From Oopsacas minuta (taxonomy: Eukaryota; Animalia; Porifera): a stretch of DNA of 64,000 nucleotides. The notes beneath the pieces were generated by a model. That model had not been told where the DNA came from. It ran no database searches and worked only from the letters and a program-made list of their open reading frames with translations. This document shows positions 12,345 to 23,431 of the stretch, piece by piece. Numbering within the stretch: the stretch's first letter is position 1; each line of letters begins with the position of its first letter. A program made the position numbers and the translations under genes. The stretch is from positions 186,001-250,000 of the forward strand of contig JAKMXF010000298.1 of assembly GCA_024704765.1 (NCBI GenBank), given 5' to 3'.

Positions 12345-13475
12345 ATGGCTACTTGTAATGATAATGACGATAAAGTTGAAACTTTTACTACAGCCAAACC
12401 CAAGCTATATTCAAAATGTGTTAAATGCGGAAATAAAGCTAGTATAATAGCCAGGATTAAAGATGCTATGTGTATAGGCTGTTTCGATGCATACTATGTG
12501 CATAAATTTAGAGCAGCTTTAGGAAAATCCCGTCTCTTTCTAAACGAAGAACGTGTTTTATTAGCTTATTCAGGTGGAATAAACTCTGTTTCTCTATTGA
12601 GTATGGTGAAGAGAGGGCTTGATGAATCAAGTCATAAGAAACTACAATTCTTAGTTGATGTTATTTTTATTGATGAAGGATGTTTGTTTGGTGATACTTG
12701 GAATTCAGAAAATATATTAATGATTGAAAATCTCACTACCTTGGGGTTTCGTTTCTATATTTTGAAACTTGAATCTTATCTTCATCCATCGTTAAAACTA
12801 TGTATTCAAACATTTGACACATTAACGATAGGTTGGCCAGTTTACACTATCCATTTGGAATGTGAAAAGTCGCGATTATTGAAGATATTTGAGAGTTGTC
12901 ACAGCAGTAATAAGCAACAACTTTTGGAACTAATTCGTTACAAATTATTAACAAAATTCGCATATGAATTTGGTTATAATAAGATATTGATGGGAGATAA
13001 TGCTACGAGATTGTCAACACAGTTATTACATGGAATTTGTCGTGGAAAAGGTTCATTGGCAAATTATGATATTACATTCGCAGATACGAGATTCCCTGGT
13101 TTATATTTCTGTAGACCGATGAGGGAATTTCTAGCAAAAGAGATAGTATTTTCAGTTAATATTTCTAAGTTAAAATATTTCAATTTCCCGAATTTCGATA
13201 GTGTAAATAGAAGTGCAAATAAGTCTTCAATCTTCCACGTAACTGAGGATTTTCTCGCGGAACTTCACAGTTTACAACCATTCACTACGAGTACAGTATT
13301 CAGAACAGGAAACAAATTATCTCCTTTAAATACTGGACAATCTAATATATGTGCTCTGTGTATGTTAACACACGAATATTCTATAACGAATACTACTCTA
13401 TGTTATTCCTGTCAGAGGATATGTGATAATGTAAAAGGAGAGTTTGTTACTTTGTTACCGATTCTATTCATGTAA
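12345..13475 (+). CDS. CTU2: Cytoplasmic tRNA 2-thiolation protein 2
   Basis: CVKC..C..CF..Y..HKFRAALGK, degenerate PP-loop LLAYSGGINS, RPMREFLAKEI, STVFRTGNKL, and C-terminal CYSC. Single exon. Confidence 0.92.
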   Translation: MATCNDNDDKVETFTTAKPKLYSKCVKCGNKASIIARIKDAMCIGCFDAYYVHKFRAALGKSRLFLNEERVLLAYSGGINSVSLLSMVKRGLDESSHKKLQFLVDVIFIDEGCLFGDTWNSENILMIENLTTLGFRFYILKLESYLHPSLKLCIQTFDTLTIGWPVYTIHLECEKSRLLKIFESCHSSNKQQLLELIRYKLLTKFAYEFGYNKILMGDNATRLSTQLLHGICRGKGSLANYDITFADTRFPGLYFCRPMREFLAKEIVFSVNISKLKYFNFPNFDSVNRSANKSSIFHVTEDFLAELHSLQPFTTSTVFRTGNKLSPLNTGQSNICALCMLTHEYSITNTTLCYSCQRICDNVKGEFVTLLPILFM

Positions 13476-13560
13476 TGGTGTATTGTATTATTATAATTTC
13501 ATAGGAGAATTCTATGTAAATTTCTTTATAAATTCGTGGTTTTCGTATATTTTAGAAAAA

Positions 13561-14670
13561 ATGTATCGGCTAGTCTTCTCTAACGATTTCCGTCACATTT
13601 CTCGTCTCAGAACTATTCTAATCTCGAAAACAACTCCACAGCCCCAGCGTTATATCTCAACAACACCAGTCCTTGCTAGTACCAGTAATAACCCAAAACA
13701 CCAGTTAATCGCATCACAAGAAATCTTAGAGAATGCTCTGACAGATTTTAAGTTAGAAACTGAGCTAACAAAAGCTCGGAGTATGCAAATATGGACAGCA
13801 GCAATGACTACATTCAGAACCAGAGATCGATTTAACACTGGCTTTATGATATTTATAGAGAACGCAATGAATCGCATGGAAGAGCTCAATGTTGATCTCG
13901 AGGTAGAAGCATACAACCAATTGCTAGACTGTTTCCCTAAAGATAAATACGTCACACGGACATATCTTGACATAATATTTCCACCACCATACCCTGCCAT
14001 GGAACTATCATTAGATATCTTAACCAAAATGGAAGAGAAAGGCATTAGACCAAATGACAATACGTTTAGTATTGTGTATAAAGGTTTTGGCCGTGCTAGC
14101 TTACCCCTACTCAAATGTAATAGGATAATGTATTGGTTTGATAGATTTGAGAATCATGATCCTTACTCAATGAAAGGCGATATTCCTTATACAAATCCTC
14201 TTGCTTTATTCGACTTAACTTGTTCTAGAATTTTCCAAGAGTTTTACCAGCCGAAACATCTCACTGTATTTCTCGAAGACACTAATAGCGCTTTTAAATA
14301 TGTATACGGATATGAAAGTGATAGTATTAGGAAATCCTGTGAATCATTTGATCCTGTTGAAAAAGATTTGATTATAGAAGGCCCGCATTTAATGTGGTTA
14401 CAAAAGCATAAAGAACATTATTTTACAGTCCGTGAGTTAGCGAAGAATCGTGCAGCAGAAGATGAAGGTGAAGTTCTTGCTATTGGGTTAACAGGATCTG
14501 GTTGTGTGCGCTCTCTTGAATATTTTGTTGAAAAATTATCAAAGAAATATAGTAACATTGCAGATGCTACTCCCTTCTATTCTATTAAAGAACCTGATGT
14601 TGTTAAAGGATTGGTTGTTCCCTCTGATGTTTTTCTAGAATCAGATGTTGAGAATCTTACTACAGTGTAG
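13561..14670 (+). CDS. ECSIT: ECSIT (complex I assembly factor / Toll pathway intermediate)
   Basis: ATG at 13561 begins an Arg/Ser-rich presequence-like segment (MYRLVFSNDFRHISRLR). YNQLLDCFPK, LTKMEEKGIRP..FGRASLP..WFDRF and IIEGPHLMWL match ECSIT. Confidence 0.88.
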   Translation: MYRLVFSNDFRHISRLRTILISKTTPQPQRYISTTPVLASTSNNPKHQLIASQEILENALTDFKLETELTKARSMQIWTAAMTTFRTRDRFNTGFMIFIENAMNRMEELNVDLEVEAYNQLLDCFPKDKYVTRTYLDIIFPPPYPAMELSLDILTKMEEKGIRPNDNTFSIVYKGFGRASLPLLKCNRIMYWFDRFENHDPYSMKGDIPYTNPLALFDLTCSRIFQEFYQPKHLTVFLEDTNSAFKYVYGYESDSIRKSCESFDPVEKDLIIEGPHLMWLQKHKEHYFTVRELAKNRAAEDEGEVLAIGLTGSGCVRSLEYFVEKLSKKYSNIADATPFYSIKEPDVVKGLVVPSDVFLESDVENLTTV

Positions 14671-14728
14671 AAACGATTTTACTGACGGTATTCAATTATA
14701 TCCCATGTTAAAATACTATTTCTAACTC

Positions 14729-14889
14729 CAGTGAACTCCAGTTATATCGAACACGGATACATCGAATACCCGCTTAGAATGAAATTATACAAATATGGTC
14801 ACAAAACGTCGAATAACTTCTATTTCATCGATTATAGCGAAGTATTATTGCGGTCCCTTGAGCTTCGATAGGACGGGAGTTGACCTGTA
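14729..14889. mobile_element. MITE family A, opposite orientation
   Basis: CAGTGAACTCC...GGGAGTTGACCTGTA; carries the reverse complements of the family-A internal motifs (GCGGTCCCTTGAGC; TACAAATATGGTCACAAA). Confidence 0.78.
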
Positions 14890-14956
14890 TTTATCATAAT
14901 ATTTCTCATAATTTCAAAGTTTTTATGCCTTTTAAGATAGAATTTAGATTTTCAAA

Positions 14957-17050
14957 ATGTTCACTCAATTAATTCAAATAGTTTTCAACTATCTAAGAGA
15001 TCTGATAACCCGAATTTTCACTTGGATAAGACATGGACACATGATCACTGACAACAACCAGCAATCTCCCATACCCTCTCCTACTCGAATTCTCCACACC
15101 CCCCCATATTACTATAACCAAATATCATTTAATTCAAATACTCCAATACAATACACTAGTATTGGTTCAAATACTTGTGAATACAGACATGAATGCTATC
15201 AATTTGAAGACGATGGTTGGAATTCAGATCCTGATACAAATGATCCAACATTATTCAATTCTAATACACTCACTACATCATATTTGACCTCAAACGAATA
15301 CATAAACTCAATGTCCCATCTATCTGAGTATGAGCTACTCAATGATTTGTATTCATATTTCTTCTCACAAAAACAAGCTACAATCGATGATATTGGTAAC
15401 ATTCTAAACCATTTATTAGTTAGGCAGCAAGATCCTTATTCATTCTCAATTAGAGTTGTAAATCTTATGAAAAAGTTGAAGTTAGGGCGTTGTTCTCCAT
15501 CAAAACTCTGCTTAACAGTTCTTGAAAATTTTCTACAGGAAAATACTTTCCCTGTACTAACACTCACTCACCAAATACAAGCACTAGAAGTTGGTGTATT
15601 ATGTCCACCCTCAATACTCGATGAGCTATGCAGAATATATCATTGCGATTCTCTTAGCGATGAAATAAAATGTCGAGTAATGAAAGAACTAATAACATCA
15701 AATCAATACAAGGAAGCAAGCGTGGCCATTACAAGATTCGGGCTTCAAGCCTTTTTCTCGGTTGAGGAAATATTGCCTCCGCTGATTGGTACGGACCAGA
15801 TTAACCTAATTCAAGCCTATATAGGATCAGACACTGATCTACAAATACAATTTATAATGCTATTAGATAAACTATGTTCTCCACACACAGATTATCTGAG
15901 ACTCTATTCTTACTATCAAAGCAGTGGTTTTGCTAAAGGAAGTATTGCTAATAATAAACTGTGTGAGCATCAAATTAAGCGTCTAGCAGGCAGGCTTATC
16001 AATACGTATGAACTAGATGCTAGTCTATTTGTCCACTTCACTACAGCTAAAGTTTCCTCCTTCACTGCTTCATTACTACATCAGTATTATGTTTTAAAGG
16101 GTAATGACAAGCAAATTCATGCCAAGAATTGGATCGACCTTTTGACTGCTTCTGTAGCACAGAGTGAAGAGTTACAGATTAATCTTGTTGAAGAATTGGT
16201 CCTTTACAATGATTATAAAATCGCGGTTTATATCGTGAATTATTTCAACTTATCACAGAAAATTCCAGAATCGATTTCAGACCTACTTTCTAATACAAGG
16301 CCATATGATCCAAGTAACTATCGTAATTCAATTTCTGGTTTTAAAAATACAAAATTCTACCCTCTAAATATCAATTTTGATAATATCATACTAATAGATA
16401 CACCAGCTAAACTACAAAAATGTCAAGAGAATATTTCCAATAAAGGCACTGTAATAGGAATTGATGCTGAATGGCTAATGCCAAATTGTAATTTCGGAAT
16501 TCTAAGACTTGCTATTCTCCAATTAGCTACAAGAGATTTCATTTTCCTTCTCGATATGGTTGTCCTTACGGGAGCTGTTTCTCAATCACAACAAGTTTCG
16601 TTTATCCAAACTCTCTTCCATTCGTCTGACACGATAAAGCTCGGTTTCGCTATTGAAGGTGATTTGAAAATGCTGGGTAGAACTTGGCCATGTGTAGCAA
16701 AACTATTAAATGATCCTACGTCTACGATTGACCTACAAACTGTAGCTGATAGCATAAAATCTAGAAGCGACGGTTTGACGAATACGCCCTCAAATTCAGA
16801 TATTAGTCCACAAGTATGTGAAGCTCGAAATGCCGAGGCCATGTCAATCCAATCTTTATCCAAGAAGACAAGTTTGACCAAACTAATAGAAGAATGTTTT
16901 GGTCTCCCAATGGATAAATCTAACCAGATTGCAAACTGGGAGAAGAGACCTATACGAGATGATATGAAAATTTATGCTGCACTGGATGCCTTCTGTTTAA
17001 TTGAACTTTTTGATTATTTTAAGGATAAATTTGGTGATACGATATTTTAG
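14957..17050 (+). CDS. EXD3: Mut-7/Nibbler-type DEDDy 3'-5' exonuclease
   Basis: ExoI GIDAEW, ExoII EGDLKML and ExoIII YAALDA are intact; DKSNQIANWEKRP; N-terminal helical region. The ORF stops directly after the nuclease domain. Single exon, 697 aa. Confidence 0.88.
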   Translation: MFTQLIQIVFNYLRDLITRIFTWIRHGHMITDNNQQSPIPSPTRILHTPPYYYNQISFNSNTPIQYTSIGSNTCEYRHECYQFEDDGWNSDPDTNDPTLFNSNTLTTSYLTSNEYINSMSHLSEYELLNDLYSYFFSQKQATIDDIGNILNHLLVRQQDPYSFSIRVVNLMKKLKLGRCSPSKLCLTVLENFLQENTFPVLTLTHQIQALEVGVLCPPSILDELCRIYHCDSLSDEIKCRVMKELITSNQYKEASVAITRFGLQAFFSVEEILPPLIGTDQINLIQAYIGSDTDLQIQFIMLLDKLCSPHTDYLRLYSYYQSSGFAKGSIANNKLCEHQIKRLAGRLINTYELDASLFVHFTTAKVSSFTASLLHQYYVLKGNDKQIHAKNWIDLLTASVAQSEELQINLVEELVLYNDYKIAVYIVNYFNLSQKIPESISDLLSNTRPYDPSNYRNSISGFKNTKFYPLNINFDNIILIDTPAKLQKCQENISNKGTVIGIDAEWLMPNCNFGILRLAILQLATRDFIFLLDMVVLTGAVSQSQQVSFIQTLFHSSDTIKLGFAIEGDLKMLGRTWPCVAKLLNDPTSTIDLQTVADSIKSRSDGLTNTPSNSDISPQVCEARNAEAMSIQSLSKKTSLTKLIEECFGLPMDKSNQIANWEKRPIRDDMKIYAALDAFCLIELFDYFKDKFGDTIF

Positions 17051-17252
17051 CATATTTTCCTAATCGGTTTCTAATTCGTTGAATATGATCTTTTTACGAT
17101 TAATAATGTTAACAATAATTTATATTACTTCCCGTATAGCATCTTTTAGTTTCAACTAATTATTAGTCTTCATTCAATAGTCATAGTTTACTCGTTTGTA
17201 TAATAACATTACGTTAATGTATTACAGTCAATTAATTTTAAATAGAGTTAGA

Positions 17253-18421
17253 ATGGTTAAGCTATGGCTCAACATACTCATAGTATTTACTATGATCTTA
17301 ACGTGTTCATTTGCATCAGATTGTATTGAATGCCCAGCTGGTACATACAGTAATCATAGTGATATTAGCTGCAGTAATTGTACAGCAGGTTCATGTACAG
17401 ATACAAAAGATTGTGTTCCATGTCCCCCTGGGTTTTATTCAGCTGATTCGGGACAAGAAGCTTGTTTTGAGTGCGAGAGAGGATATAACCAGTCACAACC
17501 GAAAAAAACTGAATGCAAGCCTTGCCCTGTTGGTACTTATGGTAATAAAACACAGCTACTTCTATGTGAGCTTTGTAATCCAGGTACTTACAATAATATA
17601 ACAGGTCAAACTGAATGTGTTCCCTGCGCCAAGGGTAAATTTCAATCACAGAAGGGGCGAAATCAATGTTTAGATTGTATTAAAGGTAGAGTATGTAACG
17701 AGACAGGTTGTGATGTGTGCACGCTATGTCAAGCAGGCGAAGCTTCTCAGAATGCTCTCTACTGTAATCCATGTATGCCTGGTACCAGTACCTCAGGGAA
17801 GGAGGGATATTCCGTATGTGTAGGTTGTAGTGCTGGAACCTTTTGTTCTGATATCGGTTGTAAAGTTTGTGACGATTGTAAAAAAGGTAAGCACTGCTTA
17901 TTAAGTACTTTAAATTTTACAGCGTGTTATGCATTTATTTTGTAGGTGAATACTCGCCTTATTCTTCATCAAAGAAGTGTTTGAAGTGTAATATTGGGCA
18001 GTACCAGCCCAAAGTTGGGAGTCGAGAATGTTTACCTTGCGACCCTGGAAAATATCAAATTGCACACGCTCAAAGCAAATGTATAAATTGTCCGCCAGGG
18101 TATTTCTGTCCAAATACTAACTCAGGGCCCATAGATTGTCCGGATAATGCATACTGTCCGGAAAATTCGGCATCTCCTCAAACATGCCAAGCTCTATTCG
18201 TACCAAACAATGCTAGTCTAGCTAGGTACTGTATTCCAGATACTATTTTGTATGTTACTGTTGCTATTTCATTAGCGATGGTAATTCTCATCGTAGCTTC
18301 ACTAGCCTTTGCGATTGCATGTCGAATCCATAAGAATAAGATCCTTAAAATTGAAGAGAGTAAATCATTATTGCCCTCAATGAGAAAGCCAGTGAAGAAC
18401 CCAGATTACCAAGGATTGTGA
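17253..18421 (+). CDS. Type I membrane protein with Cys-rich CxxCxxGxY repeats (ephrin-receptor-like/GCC2-GCC3, TNFR-like)
   Basis: Signal peptide MVKLWLNILIVFTMILTCSFA, tandem C..C..G.Y units, TM ILYVTVAISLAMVILIVASLAFAIAC, and a 32 aa tail. Exons 17253-17886 and 17946-18421. Confidence 0.8.
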
Positions 18422-18646
18422 AGGTTTTTAGAGAAATCGTTGTATATTTTACCTATTTTGATTGGAATATATCTACATTTGACATACTTGTCTTTGGTTC
18501 ATGTATTTTACTAGCTCTATTCTGAGTATTGTGATTAAGCAGGTTTTGTTAGAATGAATTTGGTTTTTTTGCAAATATATTACCATATAAATTCAGATTA
18601 TTTGTGATGTTTTAATCTTACTAGTTTGTTCATAAAATTCATTTTA

Positions 18647-21358
18647 ATGTCACGAATAATAATAAAAAACCTCCCACAAAAAATCAAAGATGATAAACTA
18701 AAGAATAAATTTCAAGAGATTGGTCACGTCACAGATTTACGGATTATTCGTACGAAAGATGGATTTTCGCGGCATTTTGGTTATATTGGATTTATGGAGA
18801 GTGATTCAGGTCTGAGAGCTGTTGAGCAGTTTAACGATACATATCTTGAAGGAATGAAAATTCAGGTCGAAATCGCGAAAAGTTTTAATGACCCAAATTT
18901 ACCACGGCCATGGAGTCGTTTTTCGAAAGGAAGCTCAGCTTATAACCAGAGAGAAGTTAAAAATATTGTTAAAAGGCCTAAACATACTACTAAAAATGAT
19001 TCTGATAGCAAAACGAATTCGGCTAGCACTGACAAAGAGAAAAATCCGGATTTGGACGAATTCCTCTCTATGTTTGATAAAAGATCTAAATTGGAAACAG
19101 AGAGAATACCTGAAATAAATGATTTGAAAGCTTCAACTGACCCTATGACAGATTTGGATTACATTAAATCTAAAGTTAACAAGAATATGCCCAACGATAC
19201 AACTCCAGTAAAATTCACAATTAAGATTATAGGTTTGCCATTCAAATCAACTCCACACGACATTAAACAGTTCTTCTTGCCAATAATGCTAGAAGATGAT
19301 GCTATTAGGATAATAAGAAATAAGAAAAACCGTCCTACAGGTAGAGCTTATGTAGATTTCAAATCTCGTAAGGAGATGTACAAGGCTCTTAGAAGAAATG
19401 GAGAGTTTATTAAAGATAGGTGAGTATACATTAAACCATTAGTGGTCCATTGAAGGTCCATTGAAGATAGCAGGGGTTCGCTGGATCTCAATTATTTGTA
19501 TTGTTTTTATGGGAGCGTGTCCACAGAATGTTTTAAATTTGTATAAGGGGTGGAGTCTACGGAGTTAAAGATGTTGGGAACCACTGCTATATGATCCTCT
19601 GTATATCCAATTTCCGTGTTTTGATACTTCAATTCTCTTCTTAGATACATAGAACTATTTCAAGACACACTCAACAATGAATCAATAGAATCCTCAGTGA
19701 GAGAACAGCAAGAAGAAACAACAGATCAACTATTAGACCACGGTAGATTATTCGTTAGAAATCTATCTTACAATGTAACTGAATCTGATATACAAGAGCT
19801 ATTCTCTCAATACGGAGCCCTCTCAGAAACTCATCTTCCTGTTGACTCTCTTACACATAACTCTATCGGGTTTTGCTTTGTAACGTTCATGTTTTCTGAG
19901 CATGCTTGTCTAGCTATGTCTGAGCTAGATGCTTCTATATTCATGGGTAGGATTATACATATAATGCCAGCAGAACCTAAACCAGAGAAAGAAATTATAG
20001 AAATGGACATGAAACCAACTAGCTATAAGGATAAGAAAAAGAAGGAATTGAAATTACAAGCTAATAGCTCATATAATTGGAATACATTATTTTTAGGTAA
20101 TGCTTATGTTTCCATGGCAACGAAAGATATGTCTATCAATTAGTAATTGATTTTAACAAAAATTCACCAAATTTTATCTCTCTTAGGTTCCAATGCAGTT
20201 GCAGAAGCTATTTCAAAGAAATACGGTGTTACCAAGGGTAAATTACTGGACCGAGAAGAATCATCGTCTCTAGCTGTAAGGATGGCTTTAGCTGAAACTG
20301 AGATTGTAAGCGAGACGAAACAATTTTTGCAACAAAATGGGATTGATATTGACGTATTAACAAATACAGATGGCAAGATACAAAGATCTAAAACTATTAT
20401 TCTAGTCAAGAACTTACCATTCGGTACAACTGCTGAAGAACTGGATGTATTATTTTCACCATTTGGTACTCTAGATAGAGTTATAATTCCGAAATATGGA
20501 ATAACTGGTGTTGTAGAATATTTAAGCAAGAGTCAAGCTAAAATTGCATTCAGTAGACTAGCGTATTCCAAATTTAAGCATTTACCGTTGTATTTAGAAT
20601 GGGCACCCAATGGCATATTCACTCTTAAAGATGATGATGCTGATATTGGTAATGAGCAAAAATTGAACAGTGAAACTACTCACTACACAATCTATGTGAA
20701 AAATCTTAACTTTTCGACTGAAGAAAAAACTCTTGAAAAATTATTTGAATCGTTTAAGCCAATTCAAACTTCCATTTCTCGAAAACGTAATCCAAATAAT
20801 CCAAAGGAGATGCAATCAATGGGGTATGGATTTGTAAAATTCGGAGATTTTCTCAGTGCTAAAAATGCGATTATAGAAAAACAAGGCTGTATAGTGGATG
20901 ATCATAAGTTAGAGATAAGTTTAGCGAAGCAGCCTAAAGAACACAAAATGGCTCTCCCTAAAAAGCAAGTTGTGACTACACCGAATGAAAATGCTCCAAA
21001 TGTACTTGTAATTAAAAATATCCCATTCGAAGCATCGAAAGCTGAAATCTACGCACTTTTCAATAGATTTGGACAACTCAGATCCTTACGGTTACCGAAA
21101 AAAGTTATTACTCGTGACAATACAAAACATCGCGGATTCTGTTTTGTGGATTTTTTCAGCAAAGACGATGCTTCGTTAGCTTTCAATTCTCTCAGAAGTT
21201 CAACTCATCTCTACGGAAGAAGGTTAATCCTTGAATATGCAACGGATGAAAATGATATTGAGAGACTTAGGGATAAGACAAAACAGCAATTTGTTTCTGA
21301 CAAGACAACAATATCTACCAACAAGAAATCTAAAATAGAAATTGAAGATATTAGGTAG
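18647..21358 (+). CDS. RBM19: Multi-RRM nucleolar protein RBM19/Mrd1
   Basis: MSRIIIKNLP, GRLFVRNLSY, YNWNTLF, AVRMALAETE, RSKTIILVKNLP, PLYLEWAP and HLYGRRLILEYA. Exons about 18647-19419, 19645-20097 and 20187-21358. Confidence 0.93.
19441..19586. mobile_element. MITE family C in RBM19 intron 1
   Basis: Core GGATCTCAATTATTTGTATTG and right end GTTGGGAACCACTG. Confidence 0.72.
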
Positions 21359-21839
21359 ATTTATTCAATTGATTAAAAATATTATCCACAGTGACAACAT
21401 TATGAGTAGATTATTAATATCGCCAGCAAATTAGATCGCAGTAGAAATTATAGTCTACCTACCAAACTTAAGCTACATACATAAATTGCTTACTCAGTTT
21501 GCTATGTAGCAGTTTCATGTTTAAGTATTAGGTTTTCATTTTATTTACTGATACATTTACAATATTGTCGCCATTTTTTGTCTTTTTGAACTTAACAGCT
21601 AAAAAGTACTCCCAATGCCACTGATTTACAATCTTATATAAACCATTAGAAACAAACTCCATACAGGAAATATTTTGCTTCAAGCATTGGGCATTGCCCA
21701 AGACTCTAGGTTGTTTGTAACTACATTTATTTACAAATAAACTAGGGGACGATAATAATAATAATCTAATACATTTCCTAAATCTAATAATATTTTATAC
21801 ATGCAATGTCCTATTTTATGCTTTCATTCTTGTTGGCCT

Positions 21840-23162
21840 TTATGGATGTTGGAGATTTGTAATATCAGTAGCAATCTTTATGTAGAGGTTTCCGCTTTTT
21901 ACAAAAGCTTGTTTTTTGAAGATATCTTGTTTTGCGAATCTTTTGAAACCTGAAGGTATATTATGAGCCTCACGCGGTTTAGCGAATGACGAAGAAGTTT
22001 TTTCTGGGGTAAAAACTTCCGTGATTGTTTCTACATCTCCGAAAGCCAATATTTGGATAGCAACCTTTTGTAAAAATGGCCATTGAAGTATGTCGTCATA
22101 TGGTCCTTTGTATATACAAAAGAACAAGGATATATACTCCCCATTGGCATCGCCTTCGCCATTCAGATACAATTTGACACCCATTTTGTATCCGTTTTCG
22201 TGGGAATAAAAATGCGGTGAGTATAATGGGATCTGGTTCTGTTGAGCTATCTCATGTTTCTTGACTACATTTTCGATTATCCACACTAAACATCCATCAG
22301 TTCTGCCTCTGCCGACCTGAGTTAGCTGGCTCACCTCATTTTTCAATTGGTTTATTTCACATTCAAGTCGCAATGTAGTAATTTTACATACATTTGCTGT
22401 ATTTTGGGCAGTTTTAATTTCTTCAATCATATCTTTAAGGTGATCTGCCCCACTTATTCCTTGCTCGATTATGTGATTTTTCGCGTGTGTGAACATTTTT
22501 TGGTGATCAATCACCTCCTTGCAGGATTTGCAGAACATATTTTTGCAATTTTTAGCATGATTTTCAAAATTTGTGTGAGCAACTTGATCCTGACAATTTG
22601 CACAAGTGATATACAAATCGCATTCAATCCTATGCTTTTTACGCTCAGATCTATAGAAAACTAGTCCACAGATGCAGGTCTCAAACGTGCATAGATCTCT
22701 GTGTTCACTTTCATCTCTTCTAAGATAAACCATATCACAGTGTATACATTGGACGGGAATCATTTCACATTCATTCATATGCTGATCCAATAGTCTGATT
22801 TCATTTTTCCATCCACAACCTAATTTTCTATAATTGCAGTAGCAGATTAAGGTTGCGATTTTATTCTCCAGTTCTTCATCTTTCTCAAATATCGGAATCA
22901 TATCTGAGCTAGTGAATTCCTGCTTGGAAAGATAGCATATCCGACAGTAGCTTGCTCCATCTACAGCTTTTATTGGATTTCGCATCACCCCTCCACACAA
23001 CATGCACACTACATCAGGTGGTACTGTTGGAAATTTCTCTACAGAAATCTTTGTATTCCCGTTCTGCCCTGTTACATAATTCTTATCTGTAAATTCTTTA
23101 TGTATTATATTGCCTAGGTTGTCACTCCTCGCTATATTACTTGTAATTCTCCTCGTAGCCAT
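21840..23162 (-). CDS. TRAF-family protein (degenerate RING, TRAF zinc fingers, coiled coil, MATH/TRAF-C)
   Basis: The MATH domain is clear (DGCLVWII, LYSPHFYSHENGYKMGVKLYLNGEG..YISLFF, YDDILQWPF, F.KP...NIPSGF). Zinc-finger repeats C...C...H...C are present. Single exon. Confidence 0.9.
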   Translation of the reverse strand: MATRRITSNIARSDNLGNIIHKEFTDKNYVTGQNGNTKISVEKFPTVPPDVVCMLCGGVMRNPIKAVDGASYCRICYLSKQEFTSSDMIPIFEKDEELENKIATLICYCNYRKLGCGWKNEIRLLDQHMNECEMIPVQCIHCDMVYLRRDESEHRDLCTFETCICGLVFYRSERKKHRIECDLYITCANCQDQVAHTNFENHAKNCKNMFCKSCKEVIDHQKMFTHAKNHIIEQGISGADHLKDMIEEIKTAQNTANVCKITTLRLECEINQLKNEVSQLTQVGRGRTDGCLVWIIENVVKKHEIAQQNQIPLYSPHFYSHENGYKMGVKLYLNGEGDANGEYISLFFCIYKGPYDDILQWPFLQKVAIQILAFGDVETITEVFTPEKTSSSFAKPREAHNIPSGFKRFAKQDIFKKQAFVKSGNLYIKIATDITNLQHP

Positions 23163-23431
23163 TTGGTTTTGACTTTACATAAGTGTATTTTGTAATAAAT
23201 AAGCTCTTATATAATTTATACTGCAGAGTCTATCGCAACTATGCTAGAATATTCAATTTTAATATAACTCGACAATCATATATTAATGTCTAACATGCTT
23301 ATTGTAAAATACGTAAAAATGTACACGTATAACGCTTAATGACGTCTAACCACATTTGTAATTGAATAAGTAACTCCATTTCTAATTATGTTTTCTTAAA
23401 ATATTTCTCTACCATTTTACTAGACCAATTA

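Noticed and set aside
13444-13475. Apparent overlap of the CTU2 and ECSIT ORFs
   Set aside because: The ORF track uses a TTG start. The first ATG, with presequence-like character, is at 13561, 85 bp after the CTU2 stop.
21500-21740. Minus-strand open frame of about 65 codons between the RBM19 and TRAF 3' ends
   Set aside because: No recognisable domain; it lies in convergent 3' UTR space and its length is compatible with chance.
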